Shown: positions 52,684 through 63,027 of the stretch, piece by piece
Numbering within the stretch: the first letter of the stretch is position 1
Layout: each line of letters begins with the position of its first letter
Assembly (NCBI GenBank): GCA_965216755.1
Contig: CBDCGL010000011.1
Span: forward strand, 256,001 to 320,000
Length of the DNA: 64,000 bases
Origin: Alphaproteobacteria bacterium
Lineage (GTDB): Bacteria; Pseudomonadota; Alphaproteobacteria; UBA7887
Reading direction: 5' to 3'
Program-made: the position numbers and the translations under genes
The notes under the pieces: generated by a model
Databases searched by the model: none
What the model saw: only the letters and a program-made list of their open reading frames with translations
Told to the model about the DNA's origin: nothing

Positions 52684-54051
52684 TCACTCGGCGGCGAGCG
52701 ACGGCAGGCCCGCAAGCGCCATCGCCAGCTCGGATTCGTCGTACGACTGGTCGGTCAGTTTGCCTGCGAAATAGTCGGTGTAGGCCTGCATGTCGAAATG
52801 GCCATGACCGCACAGATTGAACAAGATGGTCCGGCCTACGCCGGCTTCCTTGCACTTCAGTGCCTCGTCGATGGCGCCCTTGACCGCGTGATTGGCCTCC
52901 GGCGCGGGCAAAATGCCCTCGGTGCGGGCGAACTGCACGCCGGCGGCGAAACATTCCAGCTGATGGTAGGCCCGGGCCTCGATCAGGTCGAGCTGATGCA
53001 GATGACTGATCAGCGGCGCCATTCCGTGATAGCGGAGCCCACCGGCATGGAACGGCGGCGGCACAAACGTTGACCCGAGCGTATGCATCTTGACCAACGG
53101 CGTCAGATGCGACGTGTCACCAAAGTCGTAGGCGTATTTGCCCCGGGTGAGCGACGGGCATGCGGCCGGCTCCACGGCGACCACGCGTGTTGAATGGCCT
53201 TCGCGCAGGTTCTTGCCGATAAATGGAAATGTGAGGCCGGCAAAGTTGCTGCCGCCGCCGGTGCAACCGACCAAAATGTCAGGCCAATTGCCGGCCATCT
53301 CCATTTGAATCATGGCTTCGAGCCCGACCACGGTTTGATGCATCAGCACATGGTTCAAAACGCTGCCCAAGGCGTATTTGGTGTCGTCGTTCTTGGCCGC
53401 GATTTCGACCGCCTCGGAAATGGCGATGCCGAGACTGCCGGACGAGTCCGGATGTTCGGCGAGGATTGCACGGCCGGCTTCAGTCTCGTCTGATGGGCTG
53501 GCGACACAGCGCGCGCCATAGGTCTCCATCAGCGCGCGCCGATAGGGCTTCTGCTGGAAGCTCACCTTGACCATGTAGACGTCGATCTCGAGGCCGAACA
53601 GGGCGCCGGCAAATGCCAGCGATGAGCCCCATTGGCCGGCGCCGGTTTCCGTGCTGATTTTTTTGACGCCGGTTTCCTTATTGTAGAACGCCTGCGCCAC
53701 CGCGGTGTTGGGCTTGTGGCTCCCGGCCGGGCTAACACCTTCATATTTATAATAAATTTTGGCCGGCGTATCGAGCGCCGCTTCCAGCCGCCGGGCGCGG
53801 TATAGGGGCGTTGGGCGCCACTCTCGATAGACATCGCGGACCGGTCCGGGAATCTCGATCTCACGCTCGGTCGAGACTTCCTGGCCGATCAAAGGCATGG
53901 GGAAAAGCGGCGCCAAATCGTCCGGGCCGATCGGCTGTTGTGTGCCCGGATGAATGACCGGGGGTAACGGTTGCGGCAGATCCGCTTGAATATTGTACCA
54001 GGCGGTCGGGATCTGATCTTCTTGCAGTAGATATTTGATGGTTTCCGACAT
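52684..54051 (-). CDS. trpB2: TrpB2-type tryptophan synthase beta-like PLP enzyme
   Basis: [51 protein letters not shown]. Confidence 0.9.
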   Translation of the reverse strand: MSETIKYLLQEDQIPTAWYNIQADLPQPLPPVIHPGTQQPIGPDDLAPLFPMPLIGQEVSTEREIEIPGPVRDVYREWRPTPLYRARRLEAALDTPAKIYYKYEGVSPAGSHKPNTAVAQAFYNKETGVKKISTETGAGQWGSSLAFAGALFGLEIDVYMVKVSFQQKPYRRALMETYGARCVASPSDETEAGRAILAEHPDSSGSLGIAISEAVEIAAKNDDTKYALGSVLNHVLMHQTVVGLEAMIQMEMAGNWPDILVGCTGGGSNFAGLTFPFIGKNLREGHSTRVVAVEPAACPSLTRGKYAYDFGDTSHLTPLVKMHTLGSTFVPPPFHAGGLRYHGMAPLISHLHQLDLIEARAYHQLECFAAGVQFARTEGILPAPEANHAVKGAIDEALKCKEAGVGRTILFNLCGHGHFDMQAYTDYFAGKLTDQSYDESELAMALAGLPSLAAE

Positions 54052-54201
54052 CGGACCTCCCTCGGTGGCATCCGGACCAGTCATTGTTGTGTGTCCGGTG
54101 GCCGCTGCGGCCAAGACATTGATATTGCCTCGCTCACGACGCGTCACACGACCTTAACATTCTGGCGACCGGCGGCAAGTTTGATGGCCGTCCGGCAATG
54201 A

Positions 54202-55218
54202 TCATCGGTTTTCGCTGGTGGAGCCCGGGGATCGGCCCGCGCCGGTAGCGGTGCGAAACACACGCCGCAGGGCGTGCCGATGGACAACCATCACGGCGCC
54301 GACGACACAAGCCAACGCCGTGGCTTCCAAGGCGCCGAACGGTTCGCCAAGGCCAATTGCGCCCGCCGCGACACCAACAACCGGTAGCATGAGCGTCGAC
54401 AGTGCGGCAACGCCCGCGGTGTAGAGGTCGAGGATCCGGAACCACAGCCAATAGCCAATGATACTGGCAGCAACCATGTTGTAGATCAAAGCGGCCGTGG
54501 CGTTTGGGTTCCAGGATACGGGGCGTGGGTTCTCAAGGGCCATGGCAAGCGCGACCGTCGGCAGGGTCGCCATCACCAGTTGCCAGCCGACAAAGGCAGC
54601 CACCGTCAGGTTCACGGGCCGGTACTTCGTCAGGACGCTGCCAAGCGCCCATGACACGGCGGCGCCGACCATCAACAATGCGCCAAGGGGAGATCGGCGG
54701 GCGCCGCCCAGATCATCTCCCAACAACAACAGAATTCCGGCGGCGCCCAGCGTTAGTGCCAGCACATGGTCGCCACGCAAGCGATCTCTGAGAATGATCG
54801 CACCGAATAGGACACTCCAAGCCGGCATTGTATAGGCCAGCACGGCCGCCCGCCCGGATTCGAGCAGTGGCACACCAAACGCCGTCAGCACTTGCCAAAG
54901 AAATACGTTAAATAGGGCAAGCACACAGATCCAGACGACTTCATCGCGGCGCGGCAACACGCGCTTGCCGGCCAGACGTGCCGCGAGCAACAAACCGATG
55001 GCGCCGGCCAAACCGGTCAATGCACGGAAGGTGAACGGGGGGATCTGCGTCAATCCCACCTTCATGATGGGCCAGTTGATTCCCCACAGAATTGTTAGGC
55101 CGATGACCAAAAGTAGGCCAACCGGCATCAGGCCAGGGGCCGTCGCACGGATGCTGCTGAACGCGCTTTGACCGCTATCGCTGGGCCGGTGTTCACGCCC
55201 CGGCCGCGGGTCGGTCAT
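54202..55218 (-). CDS. EamA/DMT-family transporter
   Basis: About 10 TM, WGINWP..K.GL, duplicated EamA pattern. Confidence 0.88.
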   Translation of the reverse strand: MTDPRPGREHRPSDSGQSAFSSIRATAPGLMPVGLLLVIGLTILWGINWPIMKVGLTQIPPFTFRALTGLAGAIGLLLAARLAGKRVLPRRDEVVWICVLALFNVFLWQVLTAFGVPLLESGRAAVLAYTMPAWSVLFGAIILRDRLRGDHVLALTLGAAGILLLLGDDLGGARRSPLGALLMVGAAVSWALGSVLTKYRPVNLTVAAFVGWQLVMATLPTVALAMALENPRPVSWNPNATAALIYNMVAASIIGYWLWFRILDLYTAGVAALSTLMLPVVGVAAGAIGLGEPFGALEATALACVVGAVMVVHRHALRRVFRTATGAGRSPGSTSENR

Positions 55219-55558
55219 GCCAGCACTCTAATTTGTCCGCCATGGTCGCCATCCGGCGGTGGCGGGACGCGGTTTGGATCGCTAATACGTAGCGAGAACC
55301 TGCCCGATGGCAAGAATTGCCGACAGCGCCTGGCACACGCAAAGTAGAACAATTGCCCTATCTATCAACGTCTTAGCAAGATCGATCTTGATCATTTCGT
55401 GACCCCCTATATGGCAACAGGTCGGGTCACGCAACATTTGTGCCACAGTGTCGGCCGCGACTTACCACCGGAATCGCGCGGACCCATGACGCATCGACCA
55501 TCCCGCTCCGAACTCAGGGCTGGAGGAATCCAATAGCACAACCTTTGGCTGTGGCGGC

Positions 55559-55852
55559 CTAGGCCGCTTCTTCTGGGAGAGAATCAGCGGCGGCGGCGGT
55601 TTCCAATCGGTTCATTCCCAGAGCATGGCAATAAAGGTCGAGCAGGGCCTCTTGCTCTTGCCGCTGATGGTCCTCCATCTTGCGCAGACGTACGATTTGG
55701 CGCATGACGCGGACATCGAACCCGACACTTTTGGCTTCCGAGTAGACGTCGCGAATATCGTCCGAAAGTGACTTCTTTTCCTCCTCAAGTCTTTCGATTC
55801 GCTCAATGAACGATGTGAGACGATCACCGGAAATGCCACCAACTCTTATCAT
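55559..55852 (-). CDS. gapR: DUF2312/GapR nucleoid-associated protein
   Basis: [42 protein letters not shown]. Confidence 0.88.
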   Translation of the reverse strand: MIRVGGISGDRLTSFIERIERLEEEKKSLSDDIRDVYSEAKSVGFDVRVMRQIVRLRKMEDHQRQEQEALLDLYCHALGMNRLETAAAADSLPEEAA

Positions 55853-56069
55853 GCCAATTGTCACTCCCGCCTTCTATTGGAATGCCGCGCGAAATTTGAG
55901 TCTTTTGCCGCCGCGATCATACGGCCTTGCCCTCTTCGATGCGACCGTTTTTCGGACGAGATCATTGTGATATCGTTATGTTCGGGTGCGTTTGAAGACC
56001 ACGTCCGTCCGGCGTTTCGGAATAAGAGGCGGGCCGTCGAGACAAAAGACACGTTTCAGGAGAGGTAAT

Positions 56070-56666
56070 TTGGTTTTGCGGGGATTCTTATTGTTGTTAC
56101 TCGCGTTGTGCTTTGGACCAGCGGCGCACGGTGATCCGCAAGCCATCGGCCTTTCCGGAAAATTGCTGGTTGCCGCGCCGTCGATGCCAGACGGCCGTTT
56201 CAAAAACACGGTGATATTCATTTGTCGGCATTCACGCGCCGGCGCCCTGGGCTTGGTTTTGAACAAAGAGTTGGGGACTGTTCCGGCGACGGTCGTGGCG
56301 GAGCAATATTCCGTCGATGACGTTGAGACCGACACCGCGTTCCGCTTGGTGTGGGGGGGGCCGGTCGATTGGCGGCGCAGCTTCATTCTGCATTCGCGCG
56401 ATTACGTGGCGGAGAGCTCTTTGGTTGTCGATGAGGAGGTCGCGCTCACTTCGGACGGACGCATTGTTGAGGATATCTTGAGCGGCCAGGGACCGAGCCA
56501 ATTTGTGTTTGCCTTGGGCTATGCTGGCTGGGGGCCTGGGCAACTTGAATGGGAGCTGGAGCGCGACGACTGGATTACAGTTCCAGCGGATTCGGATTTT
56601 GTGTTTGGTGGTGATTTGGCGGAGATGTGGGAGGCTGCGCGGCAATTGCAGAGCCTAGATCTTTAG
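56070..56666 (+). CDS. YqgE/AlgH-family protein with N-terminal hydrophobic extension
   Basis: LLVAAPSMPDGRF, GALGLVLN, GGPV, LGYAGWGPGQLE. Confidence 0.88.
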   Translation: MVLRGFLLLLLALCFGPAAHGDPQAIGLSGKLLVAAPSMPDGRFKNTVIFICRHSRAGALGLVLNKELGTVPATVVAEQYSVDDVETDTAFRLVWGGPVDWRRSFILHSRDYVAESSLVVDEEVALTSDGRIVEDILSGQGPSQFVFALGYAGWGPGQLEWELERDDWITVPADSDFVFGGDLAEMWEAARQLQSLDL

Positions 56667-56672
56667 GTCGTT

Positions 56673-57521
56673 GTGATCGACGCTCAAGCGACCGGCGGAC
56701 TCAGAGTGCGGCGTGCTATGTGCTGCTGGTCAAGAATGATCGCTGGATTCCTTCTGCTGCTGATTATGGGATCTGGCGGCTTGGTCGCGACGGTTCGTGC
56801 CGAAACAGTCGAGATTGTGGGCAGTTACGCCCACGACCCCGCGGCCTTCACGCAAGGGCTTATCTTCGAGAACGGCGTGATGTTCGAAAGCACGGGGCTT
56901 TATGGCCAGTCGACAGTGCGTCGTGTCGCGTTATCCAGTGGCCAGGTCGAGCAAATGGCGGCGCTGCCCGAGGGGTTATTTGGTGAGGGTCTCACGCTGT
57001 GGCGCGACAAGCTGGTTCAGTTGACCTGGCGTTCAGGGATCGGCATCGCCTACGACGTTGACACATTCCGCCCGGTTCACAGTTTTCGGTATCCAGGCGA
57101 GGGGTGGGGACTGACCCACGATGGCCATCAGCTGATCATGAGCGACGGCACGGCTCAGCTCCGTTTTCTGGATCCGGAAACCTACCAAGAGAAACGCCGT
57201 GTCGAGGTTGTTGATGGCGCACAACCCATCGACAATCTCAACGAGTTGGAGTTCGTATCCAACCAGGTGTGGGCCAACATCTGGCAGCAAGACAGGATCG
57301 CACGCATATCACCGGTGGATGGCCGTGTCCTGGGCTGGCTGGATTTTTCCAGCTTGGCGGCCGAAGTGCGTGCGCAGGCGCCGTCTGCGGGTGTGCTCAA
57401 TGGGATCGCGTTTGACGCCGAAAGCGGACGAACGTTCATCACCGGGAAGAATTGGCCTCGGATCTATGAGATCTCGGTTCCCAGTCTCACGCCAGGCGCG
57501 AAATCGCCGCAAGTTCATTGA
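56673..57521 (+). CDS. glutaminyl-peptide cyclotransferase (plant/bacterial type QC)
   Basis: HDPAAFTQGL, ESTGLYG, FGEGLT, EGWGLT, LNELE, VLNGIA, TGKNWP; real start may be 56718 or 56736. Confidence 0.92.
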   Translation: MIDAQATGGLRVRRAMCCWSRMIAGFLLLLIMGSGGLVATVRAETVEIVGSYAHDPAAFTQGLIFENGVMFESTGLYGQSTVRRVALSSGQVEQMAALPEGLFGEGLTLWRDKLVQLTWRSGIGIAYDVDTFRPVHSFRYPGEGWGLTHDGHQLIMSDGTAQLRFLDPETYQEKRRVEVVDGAQPIDNLNELEFVSNQVWANIWQQDRIARISPVDGRVLGWLDFSSLAAEVRAQAPSAGVLNGIAFDAESGRTFITGKNWPRIYEISVPSLTPGAKSPQVH

Positions 57522-57585
57522 GGCACGGCCAAAATATATGGGCGATGGGCGGCGAGGCGCCTAATCTCGGAGCGTTTCCGAACGA

Positions 57586-57612
57586 AAAAGGCAGCCCCGA
57601 ATGGGGCTGCTA
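57586..57612 (-). terminator. intrinsic terminator oriented on the minus strand
   Basis: GCAGCCCCATTCGGGGCTGC-CTTTTT on the minus strand. Confidence 0.65.
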
Positions 57613-58185
57613 GGTACCTTGCTATCCGCGTCGAACGGAAACGCATCGAGCGTACGGTGCGCACCCTACGGGCGCGAAACCGTGTTCGAACAGTGGGAGC
57701 CTATCAGTGGTCATGTCGCGCGGGAAATACCGTGTGCGGATTACAACAATCCATTCCTTGACTGTGTTTCGATGAACACAGTTGTTTCAGTTGTGAAACA
57801 TCGCAGGTCGGTTTGGACCATCCAGGCGCCGCGTAAGTCTCTGTGATACAATATATAATCTGGTTGCGTGTTATGCGCGGCGGCCATGGCAATTGTGTTG
57901 ATTTCATAAAGTTTACAGTCGATGCCGAGCGCGGACATGGATGTCGGGCATCAAGGGAAAACCCGAAGGTCGCCAAGCTCCCAATTGTTATTGTGATAAA
58001 TCAGTATGTTGTGACCTAAAGGGGACATTCATCCGCCCAACTTGGTTGTGGCATATGTGATTTCACGCGTGACGCTTTTTGTAAAGGTTGCGTCGTTGAA
58101 ACAAGCCGCGAGTCCACATTTGTCAATCTCCACCCGCGGATTGAAAAAAGTAAAAATATCAGTCTGTTAAGAGCTTATCAGAAAT

Positions 58186-58201
58186 TGGCGCGGTGATTGC
58201 A
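58186..58201 (+). promoter_or_regulatory. sigma54 -24/-12 promoter
   Basis: TGGCGC-GGTGA-TTGCA with GG-N10-GC spacing, preceded by an AT-rich upstream region. Confidence 0.65.
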
Positions 58202-58369
58202 TGTTAAGGCGCAGTCGGTGTCCTTTTGGGCGGTGGGATCTTTCCATAAGGACTACGGTGCGCACTTTCCTGTGGCGGTGCCGTTGCTGGCTCGCCCCGA
58301 GGACGGTGGGACAAGTCCCCAGGTTTCGGGACGCCGAGACTAAGGATCGAACGAGGAGGTAAATAAGGA

Positions 58370-59539
58370 ATGCGTACTAGGGCCCTATTGGTAGCAGCGT
58401 CTGCGACGGCTTTGGCTGTCGGTTTCGCCGCTGGCGCCAACGCGCAAGAGGATTCGCAGGCCAACCTTGGCATCGCTGGCATCGTGGCGGGTAATGCCAA
58501 CGCTGAGAGCACAGCGGACAACGATTTCATTGATGCCGATGGCAATCTTTCCGGCAACAACGCTGGTTTGGGTAATGCCAGCAACGGTGCCACTGCGGAT
58601 AATGATTTTGCCGACAACAAGGAAGGCACGGTCGACAACGATGTCGTCGATCTCGACGCCGGAACGGCGAAAATCACGGACACCGCCGTTCTCGGTAGCA
58701 ACAACAAAGCCGAATACGGATTCTGGTACGGATCGAACAATGTGTTCCTGTATGACGCCAGCATTCACAACAACATCGCGATGCTGAGTTCGGCGTATCT
58801 GCAAGCGCAAATCAGCGAAGTGAGCATGTTCAATATCGCTGCTCACGGCGCGGCGACAGGCGGCGCGGGCCTTGCTTATGCTGGCGGTGCGGCCGTCAGC
58901 GGGGCGGCTGGTGCGGCGGACGCCTATGCCGATGGTAACTCCGCGGCGGGTAACTACAACGACGCGAGCGCCGGCGCCTTTGCTGACTCGATTGGGCTGT
59001 CCGGTGGCAACACTGGCGGCGACACCACCAATACTGGTGGGCATTCCACCGCAGCTGGCGGCGCCGCGGCCAATAACGGCACCGGCGTTGCAATCGGCGG
59101 CGGCGGGGCAGAGAACACAACGACGGTCGGCGACGGTGAGGGCGATGCGGCTGGATCGGCGGCGGCTGGCGGCGGTGCCGAAGGCAGCGGCGGCGAAGTC
59201 GGTGGCAGCACGGCATCATCCGGTTCAGAAGCCGGCGCGACGGCGGGCGACGCCACCGCGTCAGCAGGTGCTGGATCGGTGGGTAACCCGGCCAGTGCGG
59301 CGAATACGACATCGTCAGCCGCTATGAACGACACGGCCGCGCTTGTCGGTGGTGGCGTTCAGACCACGACTCTCAGCTTTGCTTTCAAGACTGGTGACAT
59401 CACCACCCGGATCTCGGAACTCAGTGGTGTTAACCCGATCATGCAAAACACCGGTTTTGCGTCCAACCAGAACGCGTCAATTAGCGTCAACGCCATGGTT
59501 GGTAGCGTGAACGGCAGTGGCACGATTGGGAACCGCTAG
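58370..59539 (+). CDS. secreted Asn/Gly/Ala-rich protein A (amyloid-like)
   Basis: RBS GAGGAGG, signal ..GANA|Q, ADND repeats, C-terminal GVNPIMQNTGFASNQNASISVNA. Confidence 0.8.
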   Translation: MRTRALLVAASATALAVGFAAGANAQEDSQANLGIAGIVAGNANAESTADNDFIDADGNLSGNNAGLGNASNGATADNDFADNKEGTVDNDVVDLDAGTAKITDTAVLGSNNKAEYGFWYGSNNVFLYDASIHNNIAMLSSAYLQAQISEVSMFNIAAHGAATGGAGLAYAGGAAVSGAAGAADAYADGNSAAGNYNDASAGAFADSIGLSGGNTGGDTTNTGGHSTAAGGAAANNGTGVAIGGGGAENTTTVGDGEGDAAGSAAAGGGAEGSGGEVGGSTASSGSEAGATAGDATASAGAGSVGNPASAANTTSSAAMNDTAALVGGGVQTTTLSFAFKTGDITTRISELSGVNPIMQNTGFASNQNASISVNAMVGSVNGSGTIGNR

Positions 59540-59586
59540 GCTTCATGTTTCGCGGACGAGACAAAAGAGATCCGATGGAGGTTTTG

Positions 59587-60843
59587 GTGAATAAGATTGT
59601 TCTAATGACGGCGGTTTCCGCGATGGCTCTGGGCTTGGCCCAGACGGCCGCGGCGCAGCCGAATGAAAGTCCAGTCAGCGACTCCCAGTTGAATGTGGGT
59701 GTCGAAGAGGGGGCGAGCCTGGGGAACGCAAATACCGGAAGCACGGCGGACAATGACGTTCTCGACATCGATCTGATGGCCGATAACAACAATATTGGCG
59801 CCGGCAATGCAGCCGGTGAAGGGTCGCAGGCTGACAACGACGTGATCGATAACAAGGGCGGCACGATCGATAATGACGGCCTCGATGTGAATGCTGAGGA
59901 CCTCGATTACGCAAAAAGCCTGACCGTGAACAGCGGCAATACCGCGATCTGGAAAGAGATGTGGTATTCAGGCAACAGCGCGGTGTTTGATCACAGCATT
60001 CACAGCAATATCGCCATGTTGAGCCAAGCTCAGTTGGGCGCCGCGGTGACTGGCATCAATATGTTCCAGATTATCGCGACCGGTCAGGCATCCGGAGGCG
60101 CCGGCGCGGCGATTGCGGACGGCGTGGCCGCGTCTGAAGCCATCGGTGTCTCAGGCGCCAAGGCGGATGGCAATTCGCTCTCTGGCAACCTGAACCACTC
60201 CGGTTCGCGTTCGGGCGCCGGTAGTGCAGCGCTTTCCGGTGGCAATACCGGTGGCACGGCAAACAACAGCGGCGGCAATGCCGATGCGACCGGTGGTCCA
60301 GCGGCCAACAATGCAGCTACGGGTATCGCAATTGGTGGTGCCAATGCGAGCGGTCCTATTCCGGTTACCGGAGGCGGGTTCTCGACCGTGGCGGCGGAGA
60401 AAGAGCCGGGTGGTGCCGCGAACAAGACCAACATCGAAGACGGTGGCGGAGACGCCGCAGCCAATGCGGACCGGGGCGGTACGGCGGCTGGCGACGGCGG
60501 TTCGGTCGGTGAAACTGGTGCCGAATCGAATGCGGCGGCCAATGCCGAGTCGGGTAAGGCCGAAGCCACGGCTGAATCCAGTGAAGTGGCGAATAAGGCA
60601 GATGCCAAGAACGACACCGATTCGAGTGCGACCAACAAGAACCTGGCCGCTATCGAAGGGGCGACGCAACACACGAAGCTCAGCTTCGATCTTGCGACCG
60701 GCAACTTGGGCGGTGCGATCTCGGGTCTGAACGGCGTCAATCCGGTCATGCAGAACGCTGGTTTCGCGCATAACCAGAACACGTCGTTGAGCGTCAATGC
60801 GATGGTCGGCAGCGTGAACGGCGCGGGCGGTATCGGGAACTAG
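59587..60843 (+). CDS. secreted Asn/Gly/Ala-rich protein B, paralogue of A
   Basis: RBS GGAGG with GTG start, signal ..TAAA|Q, C-terminal GVNPVMQNAGFAHNQNTSLSVNAMVGSVNG. Confidence 0.8.
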   Translation: MNKIVLMTAVSAMALGLAQTAAAQPNESPVSDSQLNVGVEEGASLGNANTGSTADNDVLDIDLMADNNNIGAGNAAGEGSQADNDVIDNKGGTIDNDGLDVNAEDLDYAKSLTVNSGNTAIWKEMWYSGNSAVFDHSIHSNIAMLSQAQLGAAVTGINMFQIIATGQASGGAGAAIADGVAASEAIGVSGAKADGNSLSGNLNHSGSRSGAGSAALSGGNTGGTANNSGGNADATGGPAANNAATGIAIGGANASGPIPVTGGGFSTVAAEKEPGGAANKTNIEDGGGDAAANADRGGTAAGDGGSVGETGAESNAAANAESGKAEATAESSEVANKADAKNDTDSSATNKNLAAIEGATQHTKLSFDLATGNLGGAISGLNGVNPVMQNAGFAHNQNTSLSVNAMVGSVNGAGGIGN

Positions 60844-60864
60844 TCCCGAAACCGAGGGATGATC

Positions 60865-60898
60865 GCAGCGAACATCCGCGTAGAGCGATGTTCGCTGC
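60865..60898 (+). other. intercistronic stem-loop
   Basis: GCAGCGAACATC..GATGTTCGCTGC without a U-tract. Confidence 0.5.
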
Positions 60899-61033
60899 CC
60901 ATTCCAAAAAGGACATCAGAGGCGCTGGACCGTGGTTTCGTGGTTCGGCGCTTCGGGTGCATCTGCGGGGTGACTATTGGACAGTGCGTGATCCGCAGGG
61001 ATGCGGGCGCGCCAACCGAGTAAGGAGAAAACT

Positions 61034-61444
61034 GTGCGGTATATAACCCTGCTTGCCATAACTGCCATCACAGGTCTCGGGTTCGGCGCGATCGATGGCG
61101 CTGTTGCTCAAGAGACGACGCCCGCTTCTATCGCCGCGCTTGGACCTCAAATCGGGGACGGCGATCTTGGCGTGGTCACTGGCCAGGAGATCCCGGCATA
61201 CGATCCGAACACGGGCATTCCGTTGGATACAGGTGACCAAGAACAAGAGCCCATGCCACAGGACATCCAAATCATGACGGATGGCCTGAAGACCTACGGG
61301 GCGGATTTGGGAACCGGTTTAAGCCAATTGGGCCAAATGAATCAGCTGGGCCAAATTGGTTCAATCTCCCAAATCGGGAATGCGACACAAGCCATGGCGG
61401 CTGGGTTGCAGGACTCCGTGGGTTGGATGCGACCGACAAATTAG
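61034..61444 (+). CDS. secreted Gln/Gly-rich small protein C
   Basis: RBS TAAGGAG, signal ..GAVA|Q, repeats SQLGQMNQLGQIGSISQIG. Confidence 0.75.
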   Translation: MRYITLLAITAITGLGFGAIDGAVAQETTPASIAALGPQIGDGDLGVVTGQEIPAYDPNTGIPLDTGDQEQEPMPQDIQIMTDGLKTYGADLGTGLSQLGQMNQLGQIGSISQIGNATQAMAAGLQDSVGWMRPTN

Positions 61445-61479
61445 TCGGCGCGATATAACAAATATTGATGTTCGATCCG

Positions 61480-61510
61480 AAAGGGCTGCGTTCCGCGCAG
61501 CCCTTTTTTC
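61480..61510 (+). terminator. intrinsic terminator
   Basis: AAGGGCTGCG-TTCCG-CGCAGCCC followed by TTTTTT. Confidence 0.8.
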
Positions 61511-61721
61511 TTTGCCGTCACTGAATTACATCGTCATTCAGAGTTTGAATGCACAAAACTGCGGATACAGCACTGGTTTCCAAGTCTTTTGACGTGACAT
61601 GTAAATAACAGGATCATTTGTTCTTCGCGCAAGTTAATCTAGGAAATGTCACAAGACATTCAAGAAATACGAAGTGTAAGGTATTGGGGTCCTGCAATAT
61701 TCGGAAATAAGGAAGTCGAAA

Positions 61722-61979
61722 TTGGCAATAAAATTCAATGCCTTCGATCTCATTTTCGGAACTTTACGCAAGTCTTATTCGAATCATACAAGAAATCCCT
61801 TGCTGCACCGTGCAATAAGTACAGACGCGCGTTGGAGCGTTGCGGGCACGGAACCAGCCGCCGACGATGTTCTTTCCGATCCCATCGTGCATTGCTTGAT
61901 GAACCGCGATGGAGTCTCGCGCGCCGAGCTTTCGGCGTTATTCGGCCAGACCCGGCGCAGCAATCATCGCGTTCGCTAA
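61722..61979 (+). CDS. small hypothetical protein
   Basis: EP..DDVLSDPIVHCLMNRDGVSR motif, recalled from small alphaproteobacterial proteins; start uncertain. Confidence 0.45.
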   Translation: MAIKFNAFDLIFGTLRKSYSNHTRNPLLHRAISTDARWSVAGTEPAADDVLSDPIVHCLMNRDGVSRAELSALFGQTRRSNHRVR

Positions 61980-62021
61980 TACCACACGCTTTACGAGCAA
62001 TGCGCCGCGCGCATGTGGACG

Positions 62022-62843
62022 TCACGTCGCGTGAAAGAAATCGCTGATTGCAGCAATTTGACCTTGCACCATATGGCGCCCCGTATGGGTGGCGCAGCCT
62101 CGACCTGCGGCCGCCTCAAGAAGCGGGGTCATTTCGGGTTTTGTGATTACATCTGCGACCAAGGTGCCGGGGCGCAACGCGTTTGGGTCAATTGATGGAG
62201 CATCACCCGCTGTCATCCCCAGAGGCGTCGCATTGACCACGATGTCGTGGTCGCCGGGTATGGGCGCGCCAACCGAACATGCGACGTCAGGGTAGGCCGA
62301 ACCGATCACGGCTGCGACGCGTTGCGCCTTGGTTGAATCGATGTCAAAGAGTGTCAATCGACTGACCTTCGCTTCGGCCAGCGCGACGGCAATGGCGCTG
62401 CCCGCGCCACCCGCTCCGACCACCAAAACAGCACGCCCTTTGGGTTCACGTCCCTGACTGCGCAACCCGTGCACAAATCCGAGACCATCAAAGCTGTCTG
62501 CAATCCAGCGGCTGTCAGTCTGGCACCGGACCGCGTTCACGCCGCCGGATCGGTCACCTTTCGGCAATACTTCGTCGACCAGCGCAAGCATCGTCGTTTT
62601 GTGCGGGATCGTAATGACGATCCCGCGCAGATTGGTGATCGCGCGAAGCCCAGCCACGGCTGCCTTTAGGCCAGCGGCTGGAATGCGAACCGGGACCATG
62701 ACCGCGTCGACGCCATGGGCGGCAAAATGTGCGTTGAACAAGTCGGGCGAACGCACTTGCGCGATCGGATCGCCGATGACCACATAGAGGTCGGTGGCGC
62801 CGGTAATCAGATATGGCGAATTTTGTTGCGGTCCTGGCGACAT
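62022..62843 (-). CDS. shikimate dehydrogenase-family protein
   Basis: IGDPIAQVRSP, ITIPHK, FDGLGF, GAGGAG, VNATPLGM. Confidence 0.88.
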   Translation of the reverse strand: MSPGPQQNSPYLITGATDLYVVIGDPIAQVRSPDLFNAHFAAHGVDAVMVPVRIPAAGLKAAVAGLRAITNLRGIVITIPHKTTMLALVDEVLPKGDRSGGVNAVRCQTDSRWIADSFDGLGFVHGLRSQGREPKGRAVLVVGAGGAGSAIAVALAEAKVSRLTLFDIDSTKAQRVAAVIGSAYPDVACSVGAPIPGDHDIVVNATPLGMTAGDAPSIDPNALRPGTLVADVITKPEMTPLLEAAAGRGCATHTGRHMVQGQIAAISDFFHAT

Positions 62844-63027
62844 CGGTGCGCTCCTCTATGGCGTCGTTGCATGCCTATTCTCACCGACCGAAGAGTCGAC
62901 CGATGACCGCATCCTGGTCAAGGGACCAATGCGCAGTTCACGCGTTGCATGAAAATCGGTTCGTGTATATTTGTCCCGATCAAAATTGTCATTTACGGCA
63001 CAAAACTTACAGGTTTGAGATCGCGCG

